The notes under the pieces: model-generated | What the model was told of the DNA's origin: nothing | Seen by the model: only the letters and a program-made list of their open reading frames with translations | Databases searched by the model: none | Made by a program: the position numbers and the translations under genes | In this document: positions 36,100 through 49,303 of the stretch, one piece after another | How positions within the stretch are numbered: position 1 is the stretch's first letter | Layout of the letters: every line of letters begins with the position of its first letter | Assembly: GCF_037042905.1 (NCBI RefSeq) | Contig: NC_087246.1 | Span: 310,001-374,000 of the forward strand | Length of the DNA stretch: 64,000 bases | Origin: Lytechinus pictus | Taxonomy: Eukaryota | Reading direction: 5' to 3'

Positions 36100-39000
36100 T
36101 TATCTTCGTCCAAATACATTTATTGTACTCATTACCACATCATTTTACCTAAAAATATGACGCAGTCAAAGTGCTCTTGCGTAATTAAAGAAAATCACAC
36201 AAGTGCACAATGAGAACAATCTTCCATCTGTTATTTACATTGCATTAAATTCGACTGCATTGAAAGAGAGTTGATTACGATATGAAAGATAGGAACATGG
36301 TCATAGATTAAAAGAATATCAAGAACATAAGTTTAATTATGGTTTAATTAAGAGTACCTAATCGGAACAATATTTATGCTTTACGTGGGACAATCCGTTA
36401 ATCAAAATAATTATGGATAAAACATAAGAATATAGTGATCCCGTTTTTAACAGCACCCTTTTTTTCAGAATATACAATTAATTAAGATACTCTTTGAGCT
36501 GAACAACCAATTACCCCTCTCTCTCTTCCTTTGATTGCAGGTGGATCTACCCCCTCCCCCTCTCTTCCACATGTTACCACTAACTGATCCTTAAAATTCA
36601 TCCTTGAGCATAAGGAGTAAAGTAATTAGGAGATGATAAATTATTTCACTCAGATTCACCATTAAAATACCTTCAAAACTGAAACCCATATAATATTCCG
36701 TCGCCTTATATAATAAACATTGAAATGAACACCGGCTGTATTTAATCAGTTATCCACAGTATGTATGAAAGTACGTTGTCATATTGCCTCAAACCGCAGG
36801 AACATGACCAGAGATAAGATTTTACAACATTCTTCAGCAATGAATACTATATATCTGCTTGTCTTACATGTTATTTGTTCGAAAGCTCACGCCAATCGTT
36901 AAAATCAATTTTTATAAAAAATCGAAGGTATACTTCACAAATATGAATACTCTACTAAAGTGGTGATAATTCTGAATACAAAAGAAAATTGTTCGAAAGC
37001 TCGCTTTAAAGTGAAGAAAATGAATGAATACATTTATCTTTATCTTTTTTCTCTCTCTCTCACTTGCAGACTCTGCAAAGATTCACCGATCAATTTAAAA
37101 TTCAAACATGACCATTCATTTGGCATGTTTTGGTAAATCATTACAATTCCTCATTTAAACTTCAAGAATATTATACAGCATTTATAAGGCTTGTTCCATA
37201 ACAAACATGAATCCAAACCTGATTGCTAGACTCTTCTGATTACATAACAAGTCATTGGGAGAGTTCAATGTTACTCCAAAGATTCCTAAGCATACTGTGC
37301 TATACAAACTTACTTGAATTTTCAAAACTATTTGCTTATCGTGTTTATCCTGGAACATTTGCATTTTTACAAAAAGAAATCATCTCTAAATATGGTAAAA
37401 TTCATAAAAGTTTTAACTTTATTTGGCATCAAATATCCCCAATTGAATGGGATTACTTAACCACGAGATAGTCACGAGTATGGAGTTTTTATGTTAGTGT
37501 ATGGTGTTCATAAATTAATTGCATTCCCGGTAAAGGATATATAGAAAGTTAAACTAACGGAGAGGAAATAAATTAATCGAATTTCAAACTCCATTACTTC
37601 ATCACTTCATTGAATACAATTACCCTGTATCAAACCTCATGTTTCAACAGAAAAAAGGGTGAATATTAATATTAAATTTGTCAATGTCAATAATGCATAA
37701 CAAGAAGGTCCACGGATAATGTTGTCAAGGAAAAGGAACAAGTAAATAAAAACATAGTCGCAAATATCTCAGTTAACTATTGGTCAGCTCCAGATTTTAT
37801 GAGATACGGAATATAATGCTATTGAAACCATCATTCATTTGATACTACATGAACATCTGACAGTGGTGGATATAGCTCTTTGCTAAGAATGGGTTTGACA
37901 AATTGGTTTGACCCAATAACGATGAGTACCCCCCTGTAGATCCACCACTGTTCTGCTTACGTGACTCTCGTAAACAGAGAAAGGGTGTTGGAGTTTGATC
38001 TCACACACCCCTCCTTGTTTATCATTTTTTTCAGGAAGCACCAGGTGGGGATTTAAATCCTTAACACCCCCCCCCCTGGATCTGCCACTGTCTAAAATAA
38101 TGTAGATCATCATAAAAGCTATTTCACAATGAAAGAAGGAAGGATGGTACGCAAAGAAATGAGAGGAAAAGGAAAAGAAAGGAACGACGAGAGAAAGATT
38201 GATAAAGGAAAAGGAACAGAGAGAGAGAGACATAAATAGAGAAACATAGAGAGAAAGACAGAGAGAGAGAGAGAGGAGAGGATAAAGAAAGGGAGATTGA
38301 GGAGGTCATGAGAGAATTTCAAAAGATCGAGATTTCGTGGCTGATGGATAACGACGCATGGATGATATTTTTGTCCTATAATGAATATACTAGTATGAGC
38401 ATAAGAATGTAAGAGATTGAGGGAAAGAACCGAGATTTAAATCCCGATAGTCACTGTAATAATGGAGCCAAAAATCTTGCTTGAGACTTGAATCCCGCTT
38501 ATTTAGTGAGAATCCAAATATAGAGAATAAAGAAAATTAGATGACAATGGCCGCGTTCCTCAACCAAGTTAAAATTTTAAGAATTTAAATTATATTGTGA
38601 AGTCAATACAAGCATGATTATGTTCTATACAAATTGCACATTTTCATTATAACGATAAATCATTAACTCACTCACTTAACGGTGCATCAAACTTTCCAAT
38701 TGGAATTCTAGACAGCAATACAAGTCTTTTCACATTTGCATTCAATTTTGATGCTGAGAAGCATGGCGTGGAATATACAATATTAGGCTAACATTATTAT
38801 CAAACAATCATTGAGTAAATTAAGATGGGTATAAATGGGCAAGAATACATCAATGAATGCTTTTTAATGTCGGTATGTTAAAAATTACTTTTGCAAAAAT
38901 ATGAAGGATCATCACGATTAATACAAAAGAAATCAACATCACATACGAGTTACTAGACGCCATGACGAGATAATTACCTCAAAACCAAAAAAATAAATAA

Positions 39001-39414
39001 AGCGTTTTATGAATTATTAAACTGAGCAGTCTTGAAAGTGGTATGTCTATATATTTTGGCAAATATCATATTTTCTGCTCATTTAAAGAAGTTCATTTGT
39101 CCAAGTCACGTGATGACTACATTACTAATAACAATAATACTGCTGTATTGATGTCAGCCGAAATCCATTAGAAGAATATACTCAGCCTCAATGTCCACAC
39201 GTAACACAGTCGCAGAAGTGAAAAACATTCAATACTTGTGAAAGTTACATAAATTTTGACATGATAAAAAAACATTTTCAGCAGTTCTTTACAAGAGCCT
39301 ATGTCACTCAACAATGTCAATAACGATATATATTCTCATAAATCAATTTTCTTTATCCATGATGAAATAAAATTCTGATATAGTTCTCAGACAAGTGTCT
39401 TTTAATAAAGTTTG
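36100..39414 (-). other. lhx1: Putative long 3' UTR of lhx1 (end uncertain)
   Basis: AT-rich, largely unique sequence after the stop codon. The first minus-strand AATAAA I could find is at 36124-36119, although ATTAAA variants occur earlier. The extent cannot be proven from sequence. Confidence 0.35.
37861..38090. mobile_element. Small degenerate hAT-like MITE remnants
   Basis: CAGTGGTGGAT ... ATCCACCACTG (37861-37950) and a second right end CTGGATCTGCCACTG at 38076-38090. Confidence 0.5.
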
Positions 39415-39848
39415 TCACCACACTCCTTCCACAAGCTCTTGATGAGGAGGAGGTACACCACGGAAACCGTTCACATGAGGTGGATGAGCGCCCCCTCTCG
39501 GTGGACCAAATCTTTCTCCCATAGGATGAGGATGATGTGGGTGAGGGTGGAACATGTCTCCATTGGCTGAGACGGGCGGTAAATGCTGCATAGGCTCTGG
39601 ACTGGTATTAATATCTTTACCAGAGAGATATTCACCCCCATCAGAAGGTATTCCTCCACCAAGACTTGTTTGAGATACTGGGATATGATGATCCATAGGA
39701 TGATTGCCTTGTGATACTGGTGGGTGCTGCATATAAGGATTCATATCGGTTGGTTGAACTGGTGCTTCTGATGAAGGTGGACCATTTGGATGACCAGGAT
39801 GGAAGTAATCAAAGTAACCAGCTGGTCCATAGTAATCAGGATTACCAT
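39415..39848 (-). CDS. lhx1: Lhx1/5 (Lim1) terminal coding exon
   Basis: Acceptor tatattcAG|AT completes a G|AT Asp codon. It reads DGNPDYYGPAGYFDYFHPGHPNGPPSSEAPVQPTDMNPYMQ...HQELVEGVW* in frame with ORF 39415..39744. The YYGP..DF..GPPSS block and terminal VW match Lhx1/5 C-termini. Confidence 0.92.
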
Positions 39849-40649
39849 CTGAATATAATGATTAAAAAAACAATGAATACTCATGAAGTCTTTGATAATT
39901 AATAACTTTTATGAAAATGTGAAACATTTATATATTTACAGCCGATTTTCACTCAACTGTTCATTGTAAAGCGTATTTGATCTTTCTTTATCTTTTAAAA
40001 CCATCTTGTAATATGCTTGTTGATGGGGGTGAAGTTGACTTCCAACAATATATTTCTTTCATTACTACAATGTGCCACAACGGAAATACAATTTTAATGA
40101 TAAGGACAATAAAATGCAGTACCGCAGACAATGTTAAGAGCCGGCTAATTTTCTTGAAGTGTTTTTTTCCAAATAAGATGCGGGCAAAGTATGGCGGGAT
40201 CTGTTTGCAAACAGACACCAAATATATCCATCTAACGTTCCTTTCCTTACATCGGAGAGAACTACCACTCCAAAATAGTTCTCTAACGAATGATATGAAT
40301 AAGAGTTGACTCCGTAGTGGGCCCAGATGGGTTAAGAATATTGAGTGGGTATCATTTATGTGAAAGGAGTAGCGAGAAAGAGATTGCAATAAGTCTTAAC
40401 ACCTCCTTGCGCCAAATCCCCTCACGTATCTGGGCCTAAAACAGATTTACACCTCCCCGCTTCTAAAGCCGTACCCGGTGTTCCGTTACAATGCACATCA
40501 TCTCCCTGCCCTGCTACCCACCATCGCATCTTCCCTATTCCACCATGGATGCATAAAGTACGTTTGTGCTCTTATCCATTCAGATCCTCTTTCCATCACT
40601 GAATTCTGCGATACTACATTTTTGTTCATTTTTTTTTAAAGGAGAGCCG

Positions 40650-40945
40650 ATGGTGATTGTGATGGTGGTGATAGTAGTAGTGGTGGAGGTGGTGGTGGTA
40701 ATGGTGATGATGGTGGTGGTGGTGGTAATGGTGGTGGTAGTGGTGGTGATGGTAGATGTTGTGGTACTTGTGGTGGTGGTGGTGTTGCTGGTGGTGGTGG
40801 TAATGATGGTAATGGTGGTAGTGGTGGTGATGGTAGATGTTGTGGTAGTTGTGGTGGTGTTGGTTATGGTAATGGTGGTGATGGTGATGATAATGTTGAT
40901 GGTGGCAGTGGTTGTGATGGATATGTTAACGGTGATAAAGGTGGC
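40650..40945. repeat. (GGT/GAT)n compound repeat in last intron
   Basis: Direct reading. Confidence 0.9.
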
Positions 40946-43442
40946 AGTTCATACGACTAATTCTGCAGATCCTGTACTTTATACTCAAGACATTGTTTTG
41001 TCTTTTACTAAAAAATAAAGAAGTCTGGCAACATTCACCTGAAATGAAATTGCTATCGATATAGAGATTCATCAGTCTGAAAATAACAAAACTATGAATG
41101 TTTGTCATCCAAATACAAGCAATGGCAAACAGCGTGTTATGGTCACCCACTGAGGTAAATGGTACAGGTAAGACGTTGAGAAACCTCATCATAGGTGAAA
41201 CAAAATTACTGAAAATTGTCATTTAAATGCCTTGATAGGGGGCATTATGTCGTTTCAGTTATGTTCGCTGCATGTGGTGGAGAGCGTGATACTAATGTTG
41301 GACCTGGAAGCAGCGAAAGCCTTCTAAGAACTCTCACAGCGAGATACGTGTTCCTAAATTGTTCTTATCTGTTTATATTGTCTGATTTGCTGAGACATTG
41401 TTTCCACTGTTGATATATATCATGATTACAACGATCTAAATACTATTTTATGTGTACACAGCGCAATGGCACACAGCTCTTTACAAAATATATCGAACGT
41501 TATCATTTGAAAAGATAGATCAAAAATCTGCCAAAGGCATTTCATTAACCATTTAGTCTAAATTCAAGAGAAGTGTCATCTTTCTATTAAACCTACCCCA
41601 CATAATATAACACCCCCCCCCCCTCAGCCCAACACAATTATATGGTAAGTAAAATACACGCGATATATTGCAGACCGACCACTGCCGACTGGAAGTTGTT
41701 CGGAAAATGAATAAACATTATACAGTTATGCAATTTGTTCTTTATGCCGAGTGCATACCATCTAAAGCATATCCTTCATAATAATCTATATGGTATTTGT
41801 CATGAAGAATTCCGCTCAGGTTTGTTAACATTAACGTTCTCTTTTTTTCAAATCATATAGTCATGCCCATTTATTTTGAAATAGTTATAAATGTATATAA
41901 TTGGGGACATCAATTCCAATCTAAAAAGTGCGTAGACCTTAAACTAGCTAATTTACATTGATTTTAAAAATGAATTATTCGATAAACAAATTAAGATAAT
42001 CAAAATAAATTAATAATTATTCTGTCCTGTCTTTCTTCAGATCATATCACAAGATTTTCTGTGCAACGCAAATAATAAAAATGTACGCCTGAATAGGCAT
42101 CGAAACATCAAGAAGCAATTAAGTTACCTATCTTGAAAGTCAAGCTACACTACAGCGGTATGTTCCTTACTGGTGGTATTAAAACATTACAATCTGAACG
42201 CACTTCTGTAGATCACTGACATTCGATGAGATAGGTATTTAGAGAACGTATATTCCCCAGAAGCTGTAGGCTCCCCAAGCAGAGAGCGAGATGCGTAACG
42301 TGTCTCTCGCCCATGATAGCCCGGGGTGTTTCAGTAGACATGTACGCCACCCAATAAGTGTATTCCACCGACAAAACTTTAAGAAGTCATCTTTGATGCT
42401 TTATTCCTTCAAACGAATTGTATCTATGGGCGAAGTCATTGTTCTTTAATTGATTGTATTCGTGAAATTAAAATAATCAATACAAAACTCCACTTGATGT
42501 AGAGTTAGGACTTAAAGATTAAGTAGTTTCAAAAGAGTAATAAAACATATCATGAGAATGAATTTATCAAAATGAGCTATTTTCGTTTTCGTCCGTTTTC
42601 GACACCCAACTCCCTAAACTACCGCGCGGTAATACTTGCATGAAACCTTCTGCAGTGCTGTAGTCTTTTGGGAATCTGATCCATGTTATGGCTGAAACCG
42701 AAACAAACCGGAACTAAACATGGTGTCATGATCGTCCACTGAGCTCAGAGTCTCTTATTACAGTCACAACGAACACTGTTCTACTCGACCTTGCTTCACG
42801 TGAAATACAGACCAACTAATTTTCATTAGATTTCAATAACATGAAAGTCATCTCAAAATTCAGCGGCCAATCTATCGAGCATTCCTGATTTTCTTGGGTC
42901 ACCTTGTACTTTTCTCAATTATTATTTAGCCCTCTCGAATCTGAAGTGGCCACTTTTCGCTGCTGAGCAGTGCACTTTCTAGCCTCTCGTTTGCGGTTTA
43001 CTGTGTCACACATCGTAAGGTGAGACGACAGCAGCAAACAACACCACTCGACAATCTTCAACAGAATCTAGAGAGCCGTCTCTAAATATCCGGTCAATTT
43101 GGTAAGACAAAAAGGTGAGAAAACCAGTCCCTTTGGTGAGTTTGATAGAGGATGTTAGGAATGGTAATGGGGTAAAGTCATTGAGGTGATAGTCCATCAC
43201 CAAGATAAGAGCTGGTGGCACATATCATTTCATTTTTTATTTTTTATCTGAGAAATCAGGAAAAGTAAGAGTGTAATCGGTATATTATACGTAGCGTAAC
43301 AAACTAAAAGCTAAGGATGGATATAGTACATTAATTTCATAACCATCGAATCGTCAAAATAATGATTATTTTTCGTAACGCCTGTGCAACAGAATCGTCA
43401 CTTAGTACAGAAATTCCACCCCCCCCAAAAAAAAAAAATGAA

Positions 43443-43473
<31 letters not shown>

Positions 43474-43509
43474 AATCGTGATATCTTTTTAAAGATATAA
43501 ACACTCTGT

Positions 43510-43822
43510 GGAGCGTTGTGGCCCAGTTTGTGGAACGTTGTGGCCTAGTGGATTAGTCTTCTGATTTTGAAACAGAGGGTCGTGGGTTCAAAATCCCAGC
43601 CATTGCGTAATTTCCTTCAGCAAGAAATTTATCCACATTGTGCTGCACTCAACCCAGGTGAGGTAAATGGGTACCCGGTAGGAAGAAATTCAGTGAATGC
43701 TTGAGCGCCTAGGTAGCCCAGCTAAAGCCAAGGTAATAATATCCAAGTCCTTTGGAAGCGCATAGAGACGTTATTCATAAATGTATTATGCGCTATACAA
43801 GAACTGACTATTATTATTATTA
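43510..43822 (+). mobile_element. tRNA-derived SINE (same group as 5677-6033), head partly duplicated
   Basis: TGTGGCCTAGTGG...GGGTTCAAAATCCC; CAACCCAGGTGAGGTAAATGGGTACCCGGTAGGA; GCGCTATACAAG..(TAT)n tail. Confidence 0.85.
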
Positions 43823-44877
43823 ATTATCAAAGAAGTTACAATTATGAATGAAAACATATCAGTCTGATATTACCACAGTAAAAGTAATGCATGGCACATA
43901 CCATGAGTGATGGCGTATGTTATAGCATACATAACATTAGATTATTAGGAAAAGTAAAACCAACACAACTACACAAGGTACACGTTGATTCAAACTGTAA
44001 ATATTTGGTCTACTAAATATGGTCTTAAAAGTTCTAATTCACTTCTTATTCTTAAAATTTTCTACTTTGAAGTTTGAGTCAAGACTTTCCCTGTTAATGT
44101 TTTTATTTTACTTCCCTATATGATAATATCATCTTTTACTTCATTTACACGCATCATCCATTAAAAGAAAATGTCGACCAACACCAAGCCACTTTGGAGG
44201 TTTGAATGATTTTAACGTACATTATCATACCACTTGACTATCTTCAACCAACCGGATAAGTATACTATGTTCTAACAAACAGGATGCTTAAATAGATTTT
44301 AACTTACATTATCATGTTCTAACAAACATTCATTCATCTTCTTTAGGCTGTTTAAAGACTTCATGTACATTTCATTCAATTTACTCAATAACTTTGTTCT
44401 AATCCGTGATGTTTTCTCCAGTAACACAAATCGAATTACGTATGAAAAATACCACAGTGTGAATGGTTAAAAATCTTCTTAGTCTAATTGTTTAATCGGA
44501 TTGCTGTCGATTATAGTCGTATCGTAATCGGTTGAAATCGTCTGCACACGATTCGTTTTCTTTCAATATGACTCGAGTGAGATTGAAAAAGTAACTCAAT
44601 ATGCTGAAAATTATTTAGCACCCTGAAACATACGCGTTCCTAAAGTGATGAATTCAGTCACTATACGCGCTCGGAAATTAGCTCTGTACCGTATTTAAAG
44701 AGTATAATCTGGTTTATATATCTTTTTTGATCGAAAGGCATGAAATATAATGTCATAACATTTCTATTGTGTTTGCATGAATCTGTATATCAGGGCTATA
44801 TAATTGCATGTACATTTTATTGACATTTTTTTTACAAAGAGTGAATAAATGAAAGAATAAAAGAGTGATAATCTCAC

Positions 44878-45052
44878 CTGCATCGTATCCAAATGGAGGA
44901 CTTCCCATCATATCTGGATTATTCTCTACATCAAATGGACCACGTAAAGGGCGCATGCGCCTTGGATTCCTAAAGAAATGATGTCGTCTGGCCCCTAACG
45001 CACTCAGCTGCTTCATTCGCCGTTCTTTCGATCGTCGATTTTGAAACCAGAC
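44878..45052 (-). CDS. lhx1: Lhx1/5 (Lim1) exon: end of homeodomain helix 3 and post-homeodomain conserved region
   Basis: tatcttAG|GTCTGGTTTCAAAAT... translates [58 protein letters not shown]. This continues VIQ|VWFQN in frame. Donor G|GTGAGA. 175 nt (phase 0 to phase 1). Confidence 0.96.
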
Positions 45053-45398
45053 CTAAGATAAAGTAATTAATAAAGAAATTACAATTTTAATATTGATTCT
45101 CTGTAAAAAAAAAAAAAAAGTATAGTGGTTGGTTATGTAACTATACTGTACAATGTAAATCATGAAAATGGATTCAGTTTGAAATCACAAGACAACACAA
45201 AAAAGGCCTGTAGACCCATGTCTATGTTTTAATCGATAGCATCTAACTACACGGACGCCTTTCTCATGTTCCTTTATTGATAAAGGAACAACTTAGGAGG
45301 CAATTCTAAGTAACATACGAATCGTCGATTTAATGAAGTAATTGATCTTAAAGGCGGTAGAATTAATTATCAAAGACTCCAAAATCTCTACTGACGTC

Positions 45399-46325
45399 AA
45401 AGAGCAAGTCCACCCCAACAAACAAAACAATGATTTGAATACAAAGATAAATAATAATAATATTAATAATAATAATAGTAATATTAATAATAATAATAAT
45501 TATAGTAATAATAATAATATAATAATAATATGAACCATTTATATAGCACGGCTACTATTAGTTTACTCTACTGCGCTTAACAATAAATATTGGTATCATA
45601 ATTATTATTACCCCGGCTGTAGCCGAGTCACCATACAGGCGTTCAAGCATTCGAGAAATTTCTTCCTACCGCGTACCCATTCACCTTACTGGGCTGAGTG
45701 CAGCACAATATGGGTAAATTTCTTGCTGAATGAAAACACGGCATGGTTGGGAATAGAACCAATGTCCCTCAGATTGAATGACAACAGTCGTTACCACTAG
45801 ACCACGACGCCCCCCCCCCACACACACACAAACCAAGTATAACACTGAAAATTTCATCAAAATTAGATGCAAAATAAGAAAGTTATGACATTTTAACATT
45901 CGCTTAATTCACAAAAAAATAATATGCACATCCTATAGTCGGTATATACAGAGGAGGAGACAGATGACAACGCCCATTCACTATTTTTTAAATGAAATAT
46001 GAACTGTTTTAATGTTTTCCTCATCATGCTCATTGCCATGTGAAAACAAAGTTTCATTCATCTAGGAACATGTATAGAATTGATATTGTTTTAACCTTTT
46101 TGATTCAATCGATAGGATCCTTATTGTAAACTCTGTAATAATTTAAATGTTGTATAATTCATACAATAAAAAGCAAAAGAAATTGTGAGTAAACATGGTA
46201 AATGACAGCATCAACTCTCTCATTTGCATAAGTTTTGCCTTTTTGACTGTATTGTAACAAACTGAAAATTTCATAACTTTCTTATTTTACATACGATTTT
46301 GATGAAATTTCCAGTGTTATGCTAT
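45399..46325. mobile_element. Degenerate family A MITE interrupted by a SINE
   Basis: CAAGTCCACCCCAAC at 45405; the body resumes at 45841 (AACACTGAAAATTTCATCAAAAT) and runs to ~46325. Confidence 0.7.
45520..45812 (-). mobile_element. tRNA-derived SINE (same group as 43510-43822)
   Basis: The reverse complement has GCGTCGTGGTCTAGTGG, CAGCAAGAAATTTACCC, AATGGGTACGCGGTAGGAAG and a (TAT)n tail. Confidence 0.8.
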
Positions 46326-49058
46326 TCTAAATTGAACCTCCAGTCAACATCAAATTGAAGTATCACCAAGTCCATGAACAATGCTTAAACTAGCTGTTCC
46401 ATCAAATACTTTATTCTGCATTCATCGCTTGCAAAAATACCTAAGATTAATCAACGACTATAATGTAATAGTATTTTTACGAAATTCTTAAATAAAACGG
46501 GTTCACACCAATCCAATCATGACATCCGAAGAAATTGCACTTGCTAAAATCTATTACTCCTGAAAGTTTTATCCTAAAATTAGATAATTATCAATTCATA
46601 TCATATAATTCAGTATTATTTCCATGACAGCATGAAAGATTTATGTTGAAAACAACGAGTGACCATTACTCGACCCTTTCTAATATAACTCCCTAATCCA
46701 TGCATACAAAGACATTTCATTTTAAAGTCTGATTCGTAAGGAAAAAAAACTCCATCAGGGAATCAAATTTAATGGAAGTTTGCTCTGATGGTAGAAGTAA
46801 GATATTTTGAGTGAAGATGATGAGTTTACAGACGGAAGGAGCAGGTGTGTTGGAGTATGATTTCAGCTTGCTCGCTCCGCTTACTACCGCATCTTATTGA
46901 TCGGCGCGTAGAGCGGTCCTTTATTATTAGATGGGCAACAAAATCTCGTCTCGCAATGTGCGAGACGCGTAAATTTGTCTTGTCTCCGATTAAGCCAATC
47001 TCTGTGTCTTTGTCTTGAGTAAATGAATTGTAATGTGTAAAACTGGTAGAAGGTTTCCTGGTTATAGAAATTAAGATGTAGTTCACAGCAGGTCTGTACC
47101 GAATAGTGCAGAGCAGACTGTCCAATGTTTTCATCAGAACAGCATGGAGTCAAACATCTTACTGAACTCCTTTTTTCTTTTGGCGGGACTCACGGAGGTC
47201 AAAAAGAAGAAAAGTAAAATGAAGAGGATATAAGAGAAAGGGGGAATGGAATACGTTGTTACCTTTTTATACTAGGTGTTATTTGGATTCACTAATAATC
47301 CGTGGAATGATTTATCTTACATAGCCTTTTTCATGGAATTCATATTGAAGAACTTTAACATGTAAATAATCTTAAAAAGTAGGCCTACAAACGAATAAAA
47401 TCAAATGATCAAACAAAGAGTAATTATGTTGAATATGCTTTTCCATTTGATGAATTTGTAATATTATTCTGAACAATGTGATAGTGGTGATAGAAAGAAG
47501 GGAAGCTGAAAGAGAGTTCCAGAGACGTGGGGCAGAGCTTGAAAAGGACCTATCACCAAAAAACTTTTTTTTTTTTTTTCTTGTTTGACCGTTAAGACAT
47601 TTTTATTTGCAAAACAAACGGACCTACTAAAGTGTATGCCTGCATGAAGTAATTCAGAACGATATTTTGGGCATGACCATGAATAGATTTGAAATAATAT
47701 TGTCTGAAATAACAACGTTTCAAGTTGAAACCAGCTACTAGTATATGAGCCACACCTTCATGTTTGTATCGATAATGGTTCCACAAAAGGGTTTTTATTC
47801 TCTGGATCTATACAGTTATCCCTGCATAGTCGTGAATGATGATGGTATGTTACCACACTTGTTCTAGACTAGTCGTAAATCGAAAGTCACCTGATTCGAG
47901 CTTTGCTTGCGAATCGCTGTCGCCAAAACTCTCAAGTTATCTAAGTTTCTGTTTGAAAGTGTATCCTTTAGTCCACACCGCTGTCTTTCATGGCATCGTA
48001 TCGTATGGTTCGCGTTCTGTGACGGAACAACGAAAACAAGTTCGTACCCTACATGCCAACAAATATGTGTGGTTGGTGTTGAGATGTGAGCCGACATGTG
48101 CACTTGAACGAGCTCTTAACGTTGTCTATTCAGATTTCATCCGTGATACGGTAATAATGTCCGAGGTAACGAAACATAACTGGTTCTCTATTATTATGGG
48201 CTTTATAGTTGATTTTCTGCGAGTAAACCCATTACTTGGCGAAGTTACGCCATTTTTTTTCTTCTAAATTTTTATTTCTCAATTCTTTATTTCATTTCCA
48301 TCAACATAATACATAATAGTTTGAAGGGCACGACTTTGATTATTATATTGCCTTGTTAAAACTTCACTGCTAGATATGTATCACAATTCAAAAGAAAAAG
48401 TATGTAGTGGTTGATTTATATGTAGGCCTGTATGATAAAAATCTCTCTATATTGGACGTTTGTTTAACAATACCTGATTACACAGCTTCAATTGCCGTAT
48501 GTGCCATAATGAACTAATATAATTCCAACTATTATCTTTTTTATGTGAGACATTTTTTTACAAGATGTCATAATACTTATGAACACTGGGTGAACGGCCT
48601 TAGACACCGCCCCCTGGCGGCCCAAGTCAAAACGCTTGAAGCCGGTATTTATATCGCTACCAATTTGTTCGGCATGTGGCATGCGTTCACCATAGGGAAT
48701 AGATGAGGGGTGATTGTTGTTCTGTATTCACTACTCATTGGTTTAGGGTCCGATGCAAATGTAATAATTCAACAAAAAACTACAGAGAGAAGGGATGGGG
48801 TAAATGGAAGGGGTACAGGCATACGGGGAGGAGGTAAATGGACAATAAGAAAAACTTTATATTTTGCAGGTAGCGAAAGGATTGGATTTGGAATAGAATG
48901 CTATGAACCAGATTCATTGGCGATGTGGGTAATACGATTTAGAAATGTTGATAGATAACACACAAGTCATACAGTTTTGATTTTTTTTAGGCAATAGCAT
49001 AAATACTTTGTTAGTTTTACGTTAAATTTATTAATGCATACTATTCAGATCAAATCTA

Positions 49059-49303
49059 CACTGCAAAACTCCGGTGTTGATTTAACACCAGCCCGGAATC
49101 TATATCTGTCCACACCAAAGAAGTATTGAAACAACACCAGTTTGGAATCAAACCGATGCTGTTTTGATACTAATTGGTGTTGTATAAACACCTATCTGGT
49201 GTTAGATCAATACCAAACCGGGATTGTTTAACACTTCTCTGATGGTGTGGACATATATAGATTCCGGGCTGGTGTTAAATCAACACCAGAGTTATTGGCA
49301 GTG
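49059..49303. mobile_element. CACTG-terminated MITE (CMC/EnSpm-like)
   Basis: TA|CACTGCAAAACTCCGGTGTTGATTTAACACCAGCCCGGAATCTATAT... with ~60-bp TIRs ...GCAGTG|TA; internal AACACC repeats. Confidence 0.88.

Larger units (their letters stand above)
39849..44877 (-). other. lhx1: ~5 kb last intron of lhx1
   Basis: GT at 44877-44876 and AG at 39850-39849 on the minus strand; phase 1 join. Confidence 0.88.

Noticed and set aside
40566..41018. Val-rich 150-aa ORF
   Set aside because: (GGT)n repeat within the lhx1 intron.
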